DNA of 27,763 bases from a virus. Its lineage: Duplodnaviria; Caudoviricetes. The DNA lies in the IMG/VR virus record IMGVR_UViG_3300022074_000293, positions 1 to 27,763 of that record; one strand, given 5' to 3'. Numbering within the stretch: position 1 is the stretch's first letter; each line of letters begins with the position of its first letter. The position numbers and the translations under genes are program-made. Of the stretch, positions 1 through 9,862 are shown one piece after another. The notes beneath the pieces are model-generated. The model was not told where the DNA came from, did not search any database, and worked only from the letters and a program-made list of their open reading frames with translations.

Positions 1-84
1 ATCAAGGTTAATTTCCAATACAGGATAACCCAGTTTACGCAAACCGAAGTTTATAAGTTGTCCTCTACTGTTTGGTGCTGCCAT
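1..84 (-). CDS. gp13: Neck protein gp13 (N-terminal 28 aa; runs off the left window edge)
   Basis: Manual translation from ATG at 84 gives MAAPNSRGQLINFGLRKLGYPVLEINLD, matching the characteristic T4-like gp13 N-terminus (R..L....LR.LG.PV.EIN). Position downstream of the baseplate genes fits T4-like gene order. Not in the ORF track. Overlaps the 3' end of the 64-aa ORF by 20 nt. Confidence 0.88.
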   Translation of the reverse strand, partial: MAAPNSRGQLINFGLRKLGYPVLEINLD

Positions 85-259
85 TACTATCCGTTTGATT
101 TGCGAGTTGCTCTAAAAGTTCATTCTTCTCTTTTTCAAAATCATTTTTTAGAGTTTGGAGTTTTGCCTCCAAAAGAACATTTTGATTTAATGCTGCTGCT
201 AATTTGTTATGATATAAGTTCACTAATACATTAACATCTACTTCACTGTTTTGTTGCAT
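65..259 (-). CDS. Small hypothetical protein, predicted coiled coil (64 aa)
   Basis: Heptad-like segment LAAALNQNVLLEAKLQTLKNDFEKEKNELLEQL. ATG directly abuts the upstream TAA and has GGAGG 10 nt upstream. Confidence 0.8.
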   Translation of the reverse strand: MQQNSEVDVNVLVNLYHNKLAAALNQNVLLEAKLQTLKNDFEKEKNELLEQLANQTDSNGSTKQ

Positions 260-1963
260 TTAGAAAGTTCCTCCATCAAGGGTCGAAGTCCAATGTGGCT
301 TGTTAGTATATGTATTCGTTACAGCATCAGGTGATGTGCTTAAGTTAGCAATCGCACCACTCTGACCTTCTCTTCTTAAATTGTTTGAAGTATTAAATGT
401 TCCTTCAACACCAACTAATGGAACTGATGTACCACCACTCACTGCACTCTCAACGACACCAAACGCATTTGTTGTGTCTTGCTTTACAATATCTCCTTGA
501 GACAGTGTAACAGCACCTGGTAGCGTTAGAACAATCTTTGTAATTGCAGTTAATACTTGCTTTGAAGTAATAACAGGAGAAGCAGGGGCATTTGTAGACC
601 TCTGTAAACCTTCACTATCAAACCAAACTACACCACCTGAACTAAAGTTACCTGACTGATAGTAGATACCTTTAATATCTAAGAAACCTTTTGTACCAGT
701 AACAACACTTGCTGTAATAGTTGCATCAGGAACATAAGTCCATCTACGACTATTATCACCGTGTGTTCCGTGATTTCCAACACCAGCAGAACTAGAAGCA
801 ATTGAACTATCATCAAGTCCAAAGAAACCATCAGTTGAGTTTGCAGTACCTACACCAACGTTGTAAGTAAATCCAAGTCCACGGTCTGTATTAGTATCAG
901 TTGCGTGTACGACTGTTATTTCAGTTCCTGTACTTATTCCTGCAATTGATGTTCCTTGATATGTAAGTGTTTTAGTTCCAGTATTAATTGCTGTAACTGT
1001 TGTAATACCACTCGCAGAGAAACTTGCGTGTAAAAGAGTATCATTAACTGCAACACCTGTTACTTGGTCAACCACAACTGTTGAAGCACCTGATGCCATA
1101 GTTGTCATCACAGTTCTTGTACTGGTAGTATCACCAACCATCATGATTGGGTCATTAACAGTTGTTTGTGTTGAGTTAACTGTAGTTGTTGTACCATCAA
1201 CTTGTAAGTTACCTTTAATGATAACATCACCTTCATTACTTAAACCATCTGGATAAGGGTCAATGAATATCTTATTACCTTGTCCTGATAACGATGCAAT
1301 AATATTATTTTCAATTCTAATGTTACCAAGTGTACTGTTACCGCCAGAAACTGCTAAGTTTCCACCAATATTAACATTCTTCTCAACACCAAGACCACCT
1401 TCGGTGATAATCGAACCAGTATCTTTACTTGTTGATTGAGTTGCAATGTTAAATCTTACATCTGCACCAGTGAATGTTAATTGGTCTGTACCATTTTCAT
1501 CATATTCAATCTTTGAATCTGCAGTTGATGTTCCATCTGCTCCACCACCAAAACCCAAGAAGGTATCGTCAGGTATCATTACCTCACCAGATCCATTTGG
1601 ATTAAAGATTACATCACCATCAGTGTTTGTTGATGAAAGGGTATTAGCATCTAAAGTTAAATTATCTACGTTCCAGACATCTATTTTTCTACTACTATCA
1701 AGTATTGCTACAATACCACCATCACTATTTCTTGAATTTGTTACACCATTCAAAGCACCAGGTGTGTGCTCCATCATAGATGTATAATAAAATCCTCCGA
1801 CTGGATTGACGTTTGTACCGTCATCTCCTAAAAATACTCTATCTTTGTATTGATTTGTACCACCATACTGACCTACACCAGTCACATATGCCATTTCACC
1901 CCAATTCAGACTGCTTGGTTTTGCAGTTCCAGATGAACGTTTTATTCTAATAATGCTAGCCAC
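260..1963 (-). CDS. Fibre-like virion structural protein (567 aa), possible neck/collar or tail fibre
   Basis: N-terminus IRIKRSSGTAKPSSLNWGEMAY resembles phage fibre attachment N-termini (Mtd_N-like). Contains fibre-type repeats (GSIITEGGLGVEKNVNIGGNL; IKGNLQVDGTTTTVNS), is G/T/S-rich and ends LDGGTF. GTG start overlaps the upstream TAG (TAGTG). Confidence 0.75.
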   Translation of the reverse strand: MASIIRIKRSSGTAKPSSLNWGEMAYVTGVGQYGGTNQYKDRVFLGDDGTNVNPVGGFYYTSMMEHTPGALNGVTNSRNSDGGIVAILDSSRKIDVWNVDNLTLDANTLSSTNTDGDVIFNPNGSGEVMIPDDTFLGFGGGADGTSTADSKIEYDENGTDQLTFTGADVRFNIATQSTSKDTGSIITEGGLGVEKNVNIGGNLAVSGGNSTLGNIRIENNIIASLSGQGNKIFIDPYPDGLSNEGDVIIKGNLQVDGTTTTVNSTQTTVNDPIMMVGDTTSTRTVMTTMASGASTVVVDQVTGVAVNDTLLHASFSASGITTVTAINTGTKTLTYQGTSIAGISTGTEITVVHATDTNTDRGLGFTYNVGVGTANSTDGFFGLDDSSIASSSAGVGNHGTHGDNSRRWTYVPDATITASVVTGTKGFLDIKGIYYQSGNFSSGGVVWFDSEGLQRSTNAPASPVITSKQVLTAITKIVLTLPGAVTLSQGDIVKQDTTNAFGVVESAVSGGTSVPLVGVEGTFNTSNNLRREGQSGAIANLSTSPDAVTNTYTNKPHWTSTLDGGTF

Positions 1964-2190
1964 TAAAAGTTACCCCCATTGATGTCTAAGTTCTGTGCTG
2001 CACCTGGAGTCAACTCCAATGTTGCGTCAAATTTTTTCGTCACACCATTATATACTAATACCATTCCGTTTGATAGTACGGAGGCATTTACATCGCTTAA
2101 TTCTGTAAGTGATAGAGTTTGAGCACCTGCCAGAGATGAAATCACCTTTGTGGCATTTTGTTGTCCAACTCTGACTTTGATATCTGCCAT
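1963..2190 (-). CDS. Small structural/hypothetical protein (75 aa) with a fibre-type repeat
   Basis: LTELSDVN...NGMVLVYNGVTKKF resembles a repeat unit common in phage fibres. Ends INGGNF. First gene after a late promoter. Confidence 0.78.
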   Translation of the reverse strand: MADIKVRVGQQNATKVISSLAGAQTLSLTELSDVNASVLSNGMVLVYNGVTKKFDATLELTPGAAQNLDINGGNF

Positions 2191-2218
2191 CTAAGTTAGT
2201 GTATTCAGATCTAAAAAG

Positions 2219-2226
2219 TATTTATA
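2219..2226 (-). promoter_or_regulatory. T4-type late promoter TATAAATA
   Basis: + strand tatttata at 2219-2226, intergenic, 28 nt upstream of ATG 2190. Exact gp55 late-sigma consensus. Confidence 0.88.
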
Positions 2227-2230
2227 TTTA

Positions 2231-2434
2231 CTATGATGTTATCTTCGACGCAAGATCATTTAACATCGATTTGAGAGTTTCAAGTTCCTCTTTCATAGCA
2301 TCTATTTCTGATTGTTTATCAGAATTTCGTCTTTTATCGGACATATAATTATTATATCCACTAGTGTCCATATTAATTATGGCACCAGTTTTTTCATCAC
2401 GGAATAGATTTTTGTGTCCTTCTACTGGTATCAT
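2231..2434 (-). CDS. Small hypothetical protein (67 aa), C-terminal coiled coil
   Basis: MIPVEGHKNLFRDEKTGAIIN N-terminus is typical of the small ORF that follows VrlC-like genes in T4-like marine phages (recall). EIDAMKEELETLKSMLNDL is heptad-like. ATGA overlap with the upstream gene. Confidence 0.82.
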   Translation of the reverse strand: MIPVEGHKNLFRDEKTGAIINMDTSGYNNYMSDKRRNSDKQSEIDAMKEELETLKSMLNDLASKITS

Positions 2435-5400
2435 GCTAATGCAAGTGCTCTAAAGTCTTTTAAAGTAACAGGGAAAGATTCATTAGTTGATATCATAACA
2501 ATTTTAATTACAAACCCAGTAAACTGTTCCAAATCTTCAGCTGTGAATTGATAATCAGAAAATCTACCAAACTGATTTGCAGAAACAAACTTATCTGGTC
2601 TACCATCATTCAAAGATAAATCAATAGCACTATTTCCAAAACCATCACCATCAGTATCAATCATATTTTTGTAACCAGGAAATGGTCGATATGTTTGAGA
2701 TACTTCTGAAGAATCAGCAGTGAACAAACGATAGAATACTCTAAAGTCTGCTTCAGGTTGCACACTTGCACCGACCAATACTTTAAGAGATGTAGCAGGT
2801 TGCTCTAAATCAACTCTTCTAGTAACAAATATAGAACCGTGAGGATCATCTTCTAGTTGATTAGTTCTACTATCAGTTGCATAGTTTTCTAATCCAATTG
2901 GATTATTAATCTTATTTCTTCCTAATATGAATGTTGCATTTTTAACATCTAGTGCTGGTGATAAGTTAGGATCATCAGAACTCATATCTACATTTAGAGT
3001 CAAAGATTTATTCTTTGGTAAACTGGAAAGTTTATCGGTTTCATTTATTTTAGATGCAACTAATCTTGGAGTTGGTAAGAATACAGTTTCATTTAATATT
3101 GCTGGTTCAAATCCTTGATCTATGAATGAAGATTCACTACCATCTGCACTTGTACCACTAATTGTTCTTATTGACGATGTTACACGAGTTAAACTACCAG
3201 GTGTGATAACATTAAATTGTGGTGATATTGTACTGAATTGATGATTTTGTGAAATCTTAACCTTATTAGCACCAAGTGCTTTCTCATTTGAGAAACATAA
3301 GAGAGAGTTTCCTGTTCGTAATGGTGCAACACCACCAACGTTGACTTCTAGGTAGTAATTGTCAATATTAGATGAATTTATTAGAGTCGTATTAGTTGGA
3401 ACTGTAAATGTTGTATTAATACCAACTAATGGTATACCACTTGCTTCATAAGTTTGAATTGTTTCACCTTCTGCGTGAGTAGAAGCAGTTGTATTTAATA
3501 TTCCTCTTGTCAAACTTAATTGACCTGTACCAACAACATAAGTAACAAGTTCTTCACCAATTAATGCTTCTCCTCTATCAGTTGATATTCCACCAAAACT
3601 TGCAAAAGGAGTTGTGTTTCCAAGTGAAACTGTTGTTCCTTCAGCAGTCAAAGATGATGTAGTAGCAACCACTTCAGTGTCAGGTTGAACTCCTTTTATG
3701 TCAACTTTATTTCCTAATCCGTGATGTGCGTGGTTATACTGTGTGACCTCAAATACTTTTCCTGAATATAAATCACCATTTACAGTTGAATCAACATTTA
3801 CAGCTACGTTAGTGATAACTGCTCTTGTATCATTAGATGCACCATATTGTATTAATGGTTGATCATTTGTAAACTTCTCTCCCTGAACATCAGTTAGATA
3901 TAAAGTATCGAATGATGAATTAATTGATAAAACAACAAACTTTAATCCTGCACCTCTAGTTACTTTTGTGCTTGTATTATCAACAGTTAAAACATCACCA
4001 ATTTGATATCCCGTACCTGCAGCATTAATTGCTATTGCAGTCACTACTTCACTAGAAACTGTAACATTGACTGTGCATCCACTTCCACTTCCAGTTAAAG
4101 AGATTGTTGGGACAGCAGTTGTACTACTGAATGAATATCCAGTTCCACCAACAACAACTTCTTCAGATGAAATAGGTGCACCTTGCCCTTCAATAATACC
4201 TGTTACACTTTGATCTTCTGAATCACCAGCAGCACCTGTACTTACTTTTCTACCAATTGGTAAATTAGCATTCGTTCTTGTACCACCACCATCAATAGTT
4301 ACTTTTAACTTTCTAGGTAAGGTGCGAATTGGGTTAGTTGGTAAAACTTGAGTATTTAAATTACCTGCTTCAATTGGTGTATTATAGAATGATGCTGTTC
4401 CAGATTCTACAAATGATGCTTTACGTAATTTAAAGGTTAAATCTTGATATTGGCTTGCAGTCCAAATTGTACCATTCTGTGATTTAAATAAACTACCACC
4501 AATGTACTGTTTAGATACAACTACGTTTTGAACATCAGGTAATTGAGTTGAACTTACAGTCTTTTCACCCATTGTTGCAACCCACATTTCATACTTGTCT
4601 GAAGCAGGTGATAAGAATACTAATGCATATTCTTTTTCTGGTTCAAGATAAATTGGAGATGGGAAGTTTAATGTAGTTGCGATTGAAGCATCATCAGATA
4701 CATTAATATTATTAGGATTAACTGCTATTTGAGCATAATCTTGTACAAGATATTTTGTTGGAGTTCCAAGTTCCACATATCTTAATTCAACAAATAATTT
4801 TGCATTATCATCTTTTGCCTTAAAGAATACATCAAATGATGTCAAATATGCACCTGTCTCATCAACAGTGAATGATTGTGCTAAAGGATCTCTGTGAGGA
4901 GCAAGATATTTCTGCCTTTCCTCTCTGAAAACTAAATTAGTTCTATAGGATACTTCGTCAGGACGAGTTCCTGATGGTGCGGGTGGATTTCTTACTTGTA
5001 CATTGCTTTGTATTTGAGTCTGTATAGTACCTGTTCCTGTAAATGTGCCAGAAGCATCACTTGAATGGTCAGTGCTACCAGGAATTGGTATAGTGCCCTC
5101 TGGTGCTGCAGTGACTCTAAATGTTTTTGTTCCTGTTGCAAATAGTGTAGGAGGTTTTGGTGTTGCTTGTGCATTTCTGAAGAAGAATGCACCAAGTAAA
5201 TCTCCCCAATTATCACTAAACAAATCAATACTACTTACTGTTGCAACTGCTCCACTACTTTCACCAACAATTTTCGCTCCTTTTGTTAGATAACCAAAAT
5301 ATTGTGGTTCATTTGCAAGAGATATTGAATCAACATTTAATATTCTTGAAGTAGCAGAATATGAATCTGATGGAGCAGGTCTTGTTGTGTCAAATGGATC

Positions 5401-8400
5401 AACAGTATATGATTCAACTAAAACTGAAGGATTTCCTAATCCAGCACCAACATCTGGTCTGGAAGTATCACCAAATTTATGATTTGGTTTCTGTAGTCTC
5501 ACGAATCCTATCTGTTCGCCAGCAACTTCTATCTTTGCATTCTCAAATACATTAAATGTACCAGAAACCATATTGATTTCAACTAACTTGGGAACAATGT
5601 CTGGAATACCATTATCAAGATAATGATAGTGTTTAGTTAATGGTTTTAATCCGTTTGCATTGAAGAATACATTTCTAGAACGCATAAATGGATCTGCTTC
5701 AGTTTCTATCTTGATACTTTCAACATAATCAAATTCATAACTTGGACCTTTTAAAACATTTGAATATGAAGTTCTAAATTGTTGAGATCTTGCAACCAAT
5801 CTATTCACAACTCTAATTCTTCTTCTATACCAATTTGAATCAGGATCATCTTCATCTCTTACAGGATTAGTAACAGGTAGATCATTATCAATAACTGGAC
5901 CAATTGGAGTGTGGTTTGCTTGTTCTGCCCAAGTTGCTCCTGTTGACTCAAGACGAGTATTATTTGTATAAATTGTTCTTATCCAATTATCTGATGGAGG
6001 ATCTAAAACAATACCACCCATAAAGACAATTACATTAAATGGGTTAACGTTTTCAACACCAGTCGCTTGTGGTTGTGTTAACCAATCAACCTCACTATAA
6101 TCAAGTGTAATTAAATCTCCAGTTTTTTTACATCTTGTATCTAATAATTGTAGATTAGAATTTAAATCTGCAGAATTAATATCAATACTTGGATTGACGG
6201 CTAATTCTGGATTCATTGACCAGAAATCAACTGCACTTATCAATTCTTTATTTACTACATCTACATCACATCTTGAACCAGTTTCTGGGCTAAAGTCAAT
6301 AAAGTTTCTACTTGCAAAATTATCTACAATAAATCCAGTTTTAAATCTATTAAGACCATCAGCATCTCTTACTTCAAATGATTGTGCATCTACTTCTAAA
6401 GCACTTAAAGTAGTTGTCAGTTCTAAATTTTCAATTCTTCTTTCAAGATCACCAATGTCTCTCATGGTGAATCTCTTATTATCACATAATGTTATTATAG
6501 GATTTCTTACGGTATCATAGAGATATGCTGGCAAAGCAATTTCAGCAATCTCCATCGAATTACCTTCTTCAGTTGGAGGAGCAGGAATTTCAGCAGATTC
6601 ACCTTTTATAAGTTTAACCTCACCATATTGATTAATTACCAACTTATCAATTCTAGGTAAGTAGAAACTATATCCTAAAATTGAAGTTTCTCTTGGTGCA
6701 ACCACATAAGGATTAGTTGATTCAAAAGTTCTACTTGCAAATGCAAACGGTGATTTTCCTACGGTTACAGTATATGAATTTACTCTTGGTCTAAAGTCAA
6801 TTAAATCAGTTGCTCTAGTGCCAATAGATTTTAAAATAGGAATATCTTTTGAATATCTTTCCTTTGTATATGAATTAACAGAGAAAAAATCTCCAGTATT
6901 ACCACTTGCAACTTGATACTTATCAAATATAATTAATAATTTTTTAGAAGGTATTGCTGATTTTGCTTTTCTTACAATTTTAGAATAGTCACAATATTGA
7001 ATTTTATGACCTTTATCTAAAATATAATTATCAGTTCTATCTACAAAATTACCCTTTTCAGTTCCTTGTAATATTGTTTCAATACCAGACTCTTCAAATT
7101 CTACTACCTCTCCTATTGCAAATTTATTTCCATTAAGATAAACAAAATTAATATCAGTAGCATTTGGTACAGATACTATTTGACCAATCGCTCTAGTTTC
7201 CTTACCTATTATTTTTTCACCTATTATTGCAGCAGTATTTAAACTCAATCCAGAAACAAATTTTACCTTATCTAATACTGGTGTTGAAGTTGTTTTTGAT
7301 TCATAAACAGCAAGAATTTTTACAACATCAGGAACGTTGAGAGATATCTCTTTATCTTCAATCCTTATTCCATATGCATCATGTGTTGTAAGACCATTTA
7401 ATGTATTAACACCTGATGTACGAGTAACTTCTAGTTGTTGACTTCTAATATAATCTTTTGATTTGCTAGATGCACCAACTTTCTTTAGAGTTACACCAAC
7501 GGTAACTGAACTAGCAGTTGCATTTGCTAATCCACTAAATGTGATAGTTTCTGCATTGCTACTAATTGTTACTTGATCAGAAGTTAACGGTTCAGTAGTT
7601 CCATCTTGGTAAGTAATTGAATATCTTTCTACATCAAATGGTTCAAAAAATACACTAGTAATACCAACTGTTGCATCTAAACCTGCCTGTGATGCAATTG
7701 TTAAAGAACTACCCGAAACAGATTGGTTTCTAATTTGTCTTTGAATTATTAAGTTAGAATCGGATGTATCAAGATTTGATATATTTTTTCTAGGTAATTT
7801 TGAGAAGATACCAGAATTTTCAAGATTTAAAACTTTAGGAACTTTAATTCTGAATGTTGATGAGGTTGTTTTATTTGTTGGAACTGTTCCTCCGACATTT
7901 ATACCTGTAACATTACCAGTTGCAGCAACTGTCAATGTTTTACCATCTGCTGATATCGCTGTAACTTTATTAAAAACAGGAAGATTATTTGATCCATCAC
8001 TAAATGATATTATTGAATCTGTTTTTATGCCAACTCTTCCAGAAAAACTTCTATTCGCACTTGTAACTGCTGTTCCAACTGCATTAATTTGATCTGATGC
8101 TGAAAAATATGGTAATATACGGTCATATAATACAGTATCTGAATTAAATGTAGATATTCCAGTTGTTCCAAATGTACTTTGACGTATTGATTTAACATCA
8201 TCAATTGTATATGTTATTATCTCTTTGATTGATGGAGCATCAGTAGATGATTTTTCATTTAATATTAATTTTTCCCCCACTATAAATGTTCCAGTTGTTT
8301 GTGATAGACAAATTTCCTCTATACCAGTGGCATCTGCAACTTTTGCAGCATATCCGATTGCTCCACTATTAAGACCTCTAACTTTAGTACCTACAACAAC

Positions 8401-9861
8401 ATTACTAGATGCAAATGAAGAGCATTTTAAAATAGTAAATGTTTGTATGTCATATAAACTTAAATCAAAACTTGTCGCTGCACCAGAGTAAGGAGCATCA
8501 GACGCATTGAAAGAATATACTCTTGCCTCACCAACTTGTAGACCTGCAGCAAGATGATTAGTGGTAGAACATCTTCCATTCCTTAATTCAACTACGTTTG
8601 TAGTATTTCCACCGATATTAATGAAAGGAGTACCAGTAACATTGTTAACCTTTATCACACTACCCATATTAAATGGAATAGATGCAGTTTTAACTGTTTT
8701 AGTATCTCTTGGTTTCTCAACATCAACTACTGTTGTGCCTGGTAAAGATACGTCAAAACCTCTTACATATGCTTTACCTGGTGATAATTTGACACACATC
8801 AAATCATCTTCTGGTTTATTTCCTTTATCTGTTAATTGATTTTCTGTATATAATCCACCTGATCCAACTTCATCATTTAATGAATCCTGAAGGTTAACAC
8901 GGAAAGGTTCCACTGCATAACTACCAGATTCATCAAATGTTCTTTTTGCAAAATATTTTTTTAACTCTGAATATACTGTAGAATCTTGTAATTTTTTAGT
9001 CTGACCTTGGTTTGTTCTGAATAATTCAACAAAATTAGTATCTTCGTAATCAGTTAATGCCTTTTTGGAAAGTTGTACAGATATTTTAAAACGATCTGCA
9101 CCTGGTGCTGCAAAGTTTGTAAATCCTTTTGCATTATCATATAAAGATGAATCATCATTTGAATTTATGATTTGCTCTGATATTTCAAATCCTACACGAT
9201 ATGATGGACTATTATTATATGGTTCTAATACGATTAATGATGTTGGTACATCTACAAATGTGCCACGTAAGAAGTAAACACCAGAATTAACACCAAATGC
9301 TGATCCAGTTGCAGTTGCATCTTCAGATGTTAATGTTAAAACAGTCTCACCTATTGTTAATGTTGTGTTACCATAAGTTAATGGTTCTTCTAATATTAAT
9401 ACTTCACCATTTGGAAATGCTGTGCTTTCACCACTTGTTCCTGATTGTTGATATTTGATAAAGATTGTTATATCATCAACACCCTCTGCTGGAGGTAATA
9501 TAAAATTCTTTATTGTTGCAACTATACCAGATGTTTGACCTCTAACTCTTGTTCCCTTTCCATCATTTGCAGATATTAAATTATTAAGATAAATTGATAC
9601 ATCAATGCCGAGATGTGTTTCATTTATTTTTGCAGAAAAATATGTTGGATCATACTCAATACCACCAGGTATGACCATTGATCCTTCTTTAAATACATGC
9701 TTACCAAAAGACTCAACCTGATTCTGTAAAAGAGACTGTAAACCAGTTAACTCTCTTGCCTGAACTGGATAACCAGGTTTGAATAGTATTTTGTAAAAAT
9801 TATCGTCCTTATTATAATCATCATAATACGGTGATATATTTAAGTTAGTCTTTTGTGGCAT
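2431..9861 (-). CDS. Large virion structural protein, VrlC-like / DUF4815-type (2476 aa)
   Basis: N-terminus TNLNISPYYDDY...FYKILFKPGYPVQARELTGLQS.LQNQ; APGADRFKI; AKRTFDESGSY; KRFTMRDIGDLERRIENLE; RFKTGFIVDNF; DPLAQSF; GSLFKSQNGTIWT..QYQDL.F; C-terminal KDFRALALA. These motifs are typical of the VrlC-like protein that follows gp8 in T4-like cyanophages. Confidence 0.85.
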   Translation of the reverse strand: MPQKTNLNISPYYDDYNKDDNFYKILFKPGYPVQARELTGLQSLLQNQVESFGKHVFKEGSMVIPGGIEYDPTYFSAKINETHLGIDVSIYLNNLISANDGKGTRVRGQTSGIVATIKNFILPPAEGVDDITIFIKYQQSGTSGESTAFPNGEVLILEEPLTYGNTTLTIGETVLTLTSEDATATGSAFGVNSGVYFLRGTFVDVPTSLIVLEPYNNSPSYRVGFEISEQIINSNDDSSLYDNAKGFTNFAAPGADRFKISVQLSKKALTDYEDTNFVELFRTNQGQTKKLQDSTVYSELKKYFAKRTFDESGSYAVEPFRVNLQDSLNDEVGSGGLYTENQLTDKGNKPEDDLMCVKLSPGKAYVRGFDVSLPGTTVVDVEKPRDTKTVKTASIPFNMGSVIKVNNVTGTPFINIGGNTTNVVELRNGRCSTTNHLAAGLQVGEARVYSFNASDAPYSGAATSFDLSLYDIQTFTILKCSSFASSNVVVGTKVRGLNSGAIGYAAKVADATGIEEICLSQTTGTFIVGEKLILNEKSSTDAPSIKEIITYTIDDVKSIRQSTFGTTGISTFNSDTVLYDRILPYFSASDQINAVGTAVTSANRSFSGRVGIKTDSIISFSDGSNNLPVFNKVTAISADGKTLTVAATGNVTGINVGGTVPTNKTTSSTFRIKVPKVLNLENSGIFSKLPRKNISNLDTSDSNLIIQRQIRNQSVSGSSLTIASQAGLDATVGITSVFFEPFDVERYSITYQDGTTEPLTSDQVTISSNAETITFSGLANATASSVTVGVTLKKVGASSKSKDYIRSQQLEVTRTSGVNTLNGLTTHDAYGIRIEDKEISLNVPDVVKILAVYESKTTSTPVLDKVKFVSGLSLNTAAIIGEKIIGKETRAIGQIVSVPNATDINFVYLNGNKFAIGEVVEFEESGIETILQGTEKGNFVDRTDNYILDKGHKIQYCDYSKIVRKAKSAIPSKKLLIIFDKYQVASGNTGDFFSVNSYTKERYSKDIPILKSIGTRATDLIDFRPRVNSYTVTVGKSPFAFASRTFESTNPYVVAPRETSILGYSFYLPRIDKLVINQYGEVKLIKGESAEIPAPPTEEGNSMEIAEIALPAYLYDTVRNPIITLCDNKRFTMRDIGDLERRIENLELTTTLSALEVDAQSFEVRDADGLNRFKTGFIVDNFASRNFIDFSPETGSRCDVDVVNKELISAVDFWSMNPELAVNPSIDINSADLNSNLQLLDTRCKKTGDLITLDYSEVDWLTQPQATGVENVNPFNVIVFMGGIVLDPPSDNWIRTIYTNNTRLESTGATWAEQANHTPIGPVIDNDLPVTNPVRDEDDPDSNWYRRRIRVVNRLVARSQQFRTSYSNVLKGPSYEFDYVESIKIETEADPFMRSRNVFFNANGLKPLTKHYHYLDNGIPDIVPKLVEINMVSGTFNVFENAKIEVAGEQIGFVRLQKPNHKFGDTSRPDVGAGLGNPSVLVESYTVDPFDTTRPAPSDSYSATSRILNVDSISLANEPQYFGYLTKGAKIVGESSGAVATVSSIDLFSDNWGDLLGAFFFRNAQATPKPPTLFATGTKTFRVTAAPEGTIPIPGSTDHSSDASGTFTGTGTIQTQIQSNVQVRNPPAPSGTRPDEVSYRTNLVFREERQKYLAPHRDPLAQSFTVDETGAYLTSFDVFFKAKDDNAKLFVELRYVELGTPTKYLVQDYAQIAVNPNNINVSDDASIATTLNFPSPIYLEPEKEYALVFLSPASDKYEMWVATMGEKTVSSTQLPDVQNVVVSKQYIGGSLFKSQNGTIWTASQYQDLTFKLRKASFVESGTASFYNTPIEAGNLNTQVLPTNPIRTLPRKLKVTIDGGGTRTNANLPIGRKVSTGAAGDSEDQSVTGIIEGQGAPISSEEVVVGGTGYSFSSTTAVPTISLTGSGSGCTVNVTVSSEVVTAIAINAAGTGYQIGDVLTVDNTSTKVTRGAGLKFVVLSINSSFDTLYLTDVQGEKFTNDQPLIQYGASNDTRAVITNVAVNVDSTVNGDLYSGKVFEVTQYNHAHHGLGNKVDIKGVQPDTEVVATTSSLTAEGTTVSLGNTTPFASFGGISTDRGEALIGEELVTYVVGTGQLSLTRGILNTTASTHAEGETIQTYEASGIPLVGINTTFTVPTNTTLINSSNIDNYYLEVNVGGVAPLRTGNSLLCFSNEKALGANKVKISQNHQFSTISPQFNVITPGSLTRVTSSIRTISGTSADGSESSFIDQGFEPAILNETVFLPTPRLVASKINETDKLSSLPKNKSLTLNVDMSSDDPNLSPALDVKNATFILGRNKINNPIGLENYATDSRTNQLEDDPHGSIFVTRRVDLEQPATSLKVLVGASVQPEADFRVFYRLFTADSSEVSQTYRPFPGYKNMIDTDGDGFGNSAIDLSLNDGRPDKFVSANQFGRFSDYQFTAEDLEQFTGFVIKIVMISTNESFPVTLKDFRALALA

Positions 9862-9862
9862 T

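Noticed and set aside
260-1963. Diversity-generating retroelement target (Mtd-like N-terminus)
   Set aside because: No reverse transcriptase, no template/variable repeat pair and no C-terminal lectin-like variable region are visible in this window.
1958-1975. Possible programmed frameshift fusing the 75-aa ORF to the 567-aa fibre (AAC TTT TAG TG)
   Set aside because: Fusion needs a -1 shift but there is no canonical X XXY YYZ slippery heptamer. A stop/start overlap with an SD-like sequence explains the junction more simply.
2605-2665. DTDGDGFG, an EF-hand-like Dx[DN]xDG motif near the VrlC-like C-terminus
   Set aside because: A single short motif that could bind Ca2+ but cannot be distinguished from chance in a D/G-rich protein without structural modelling.
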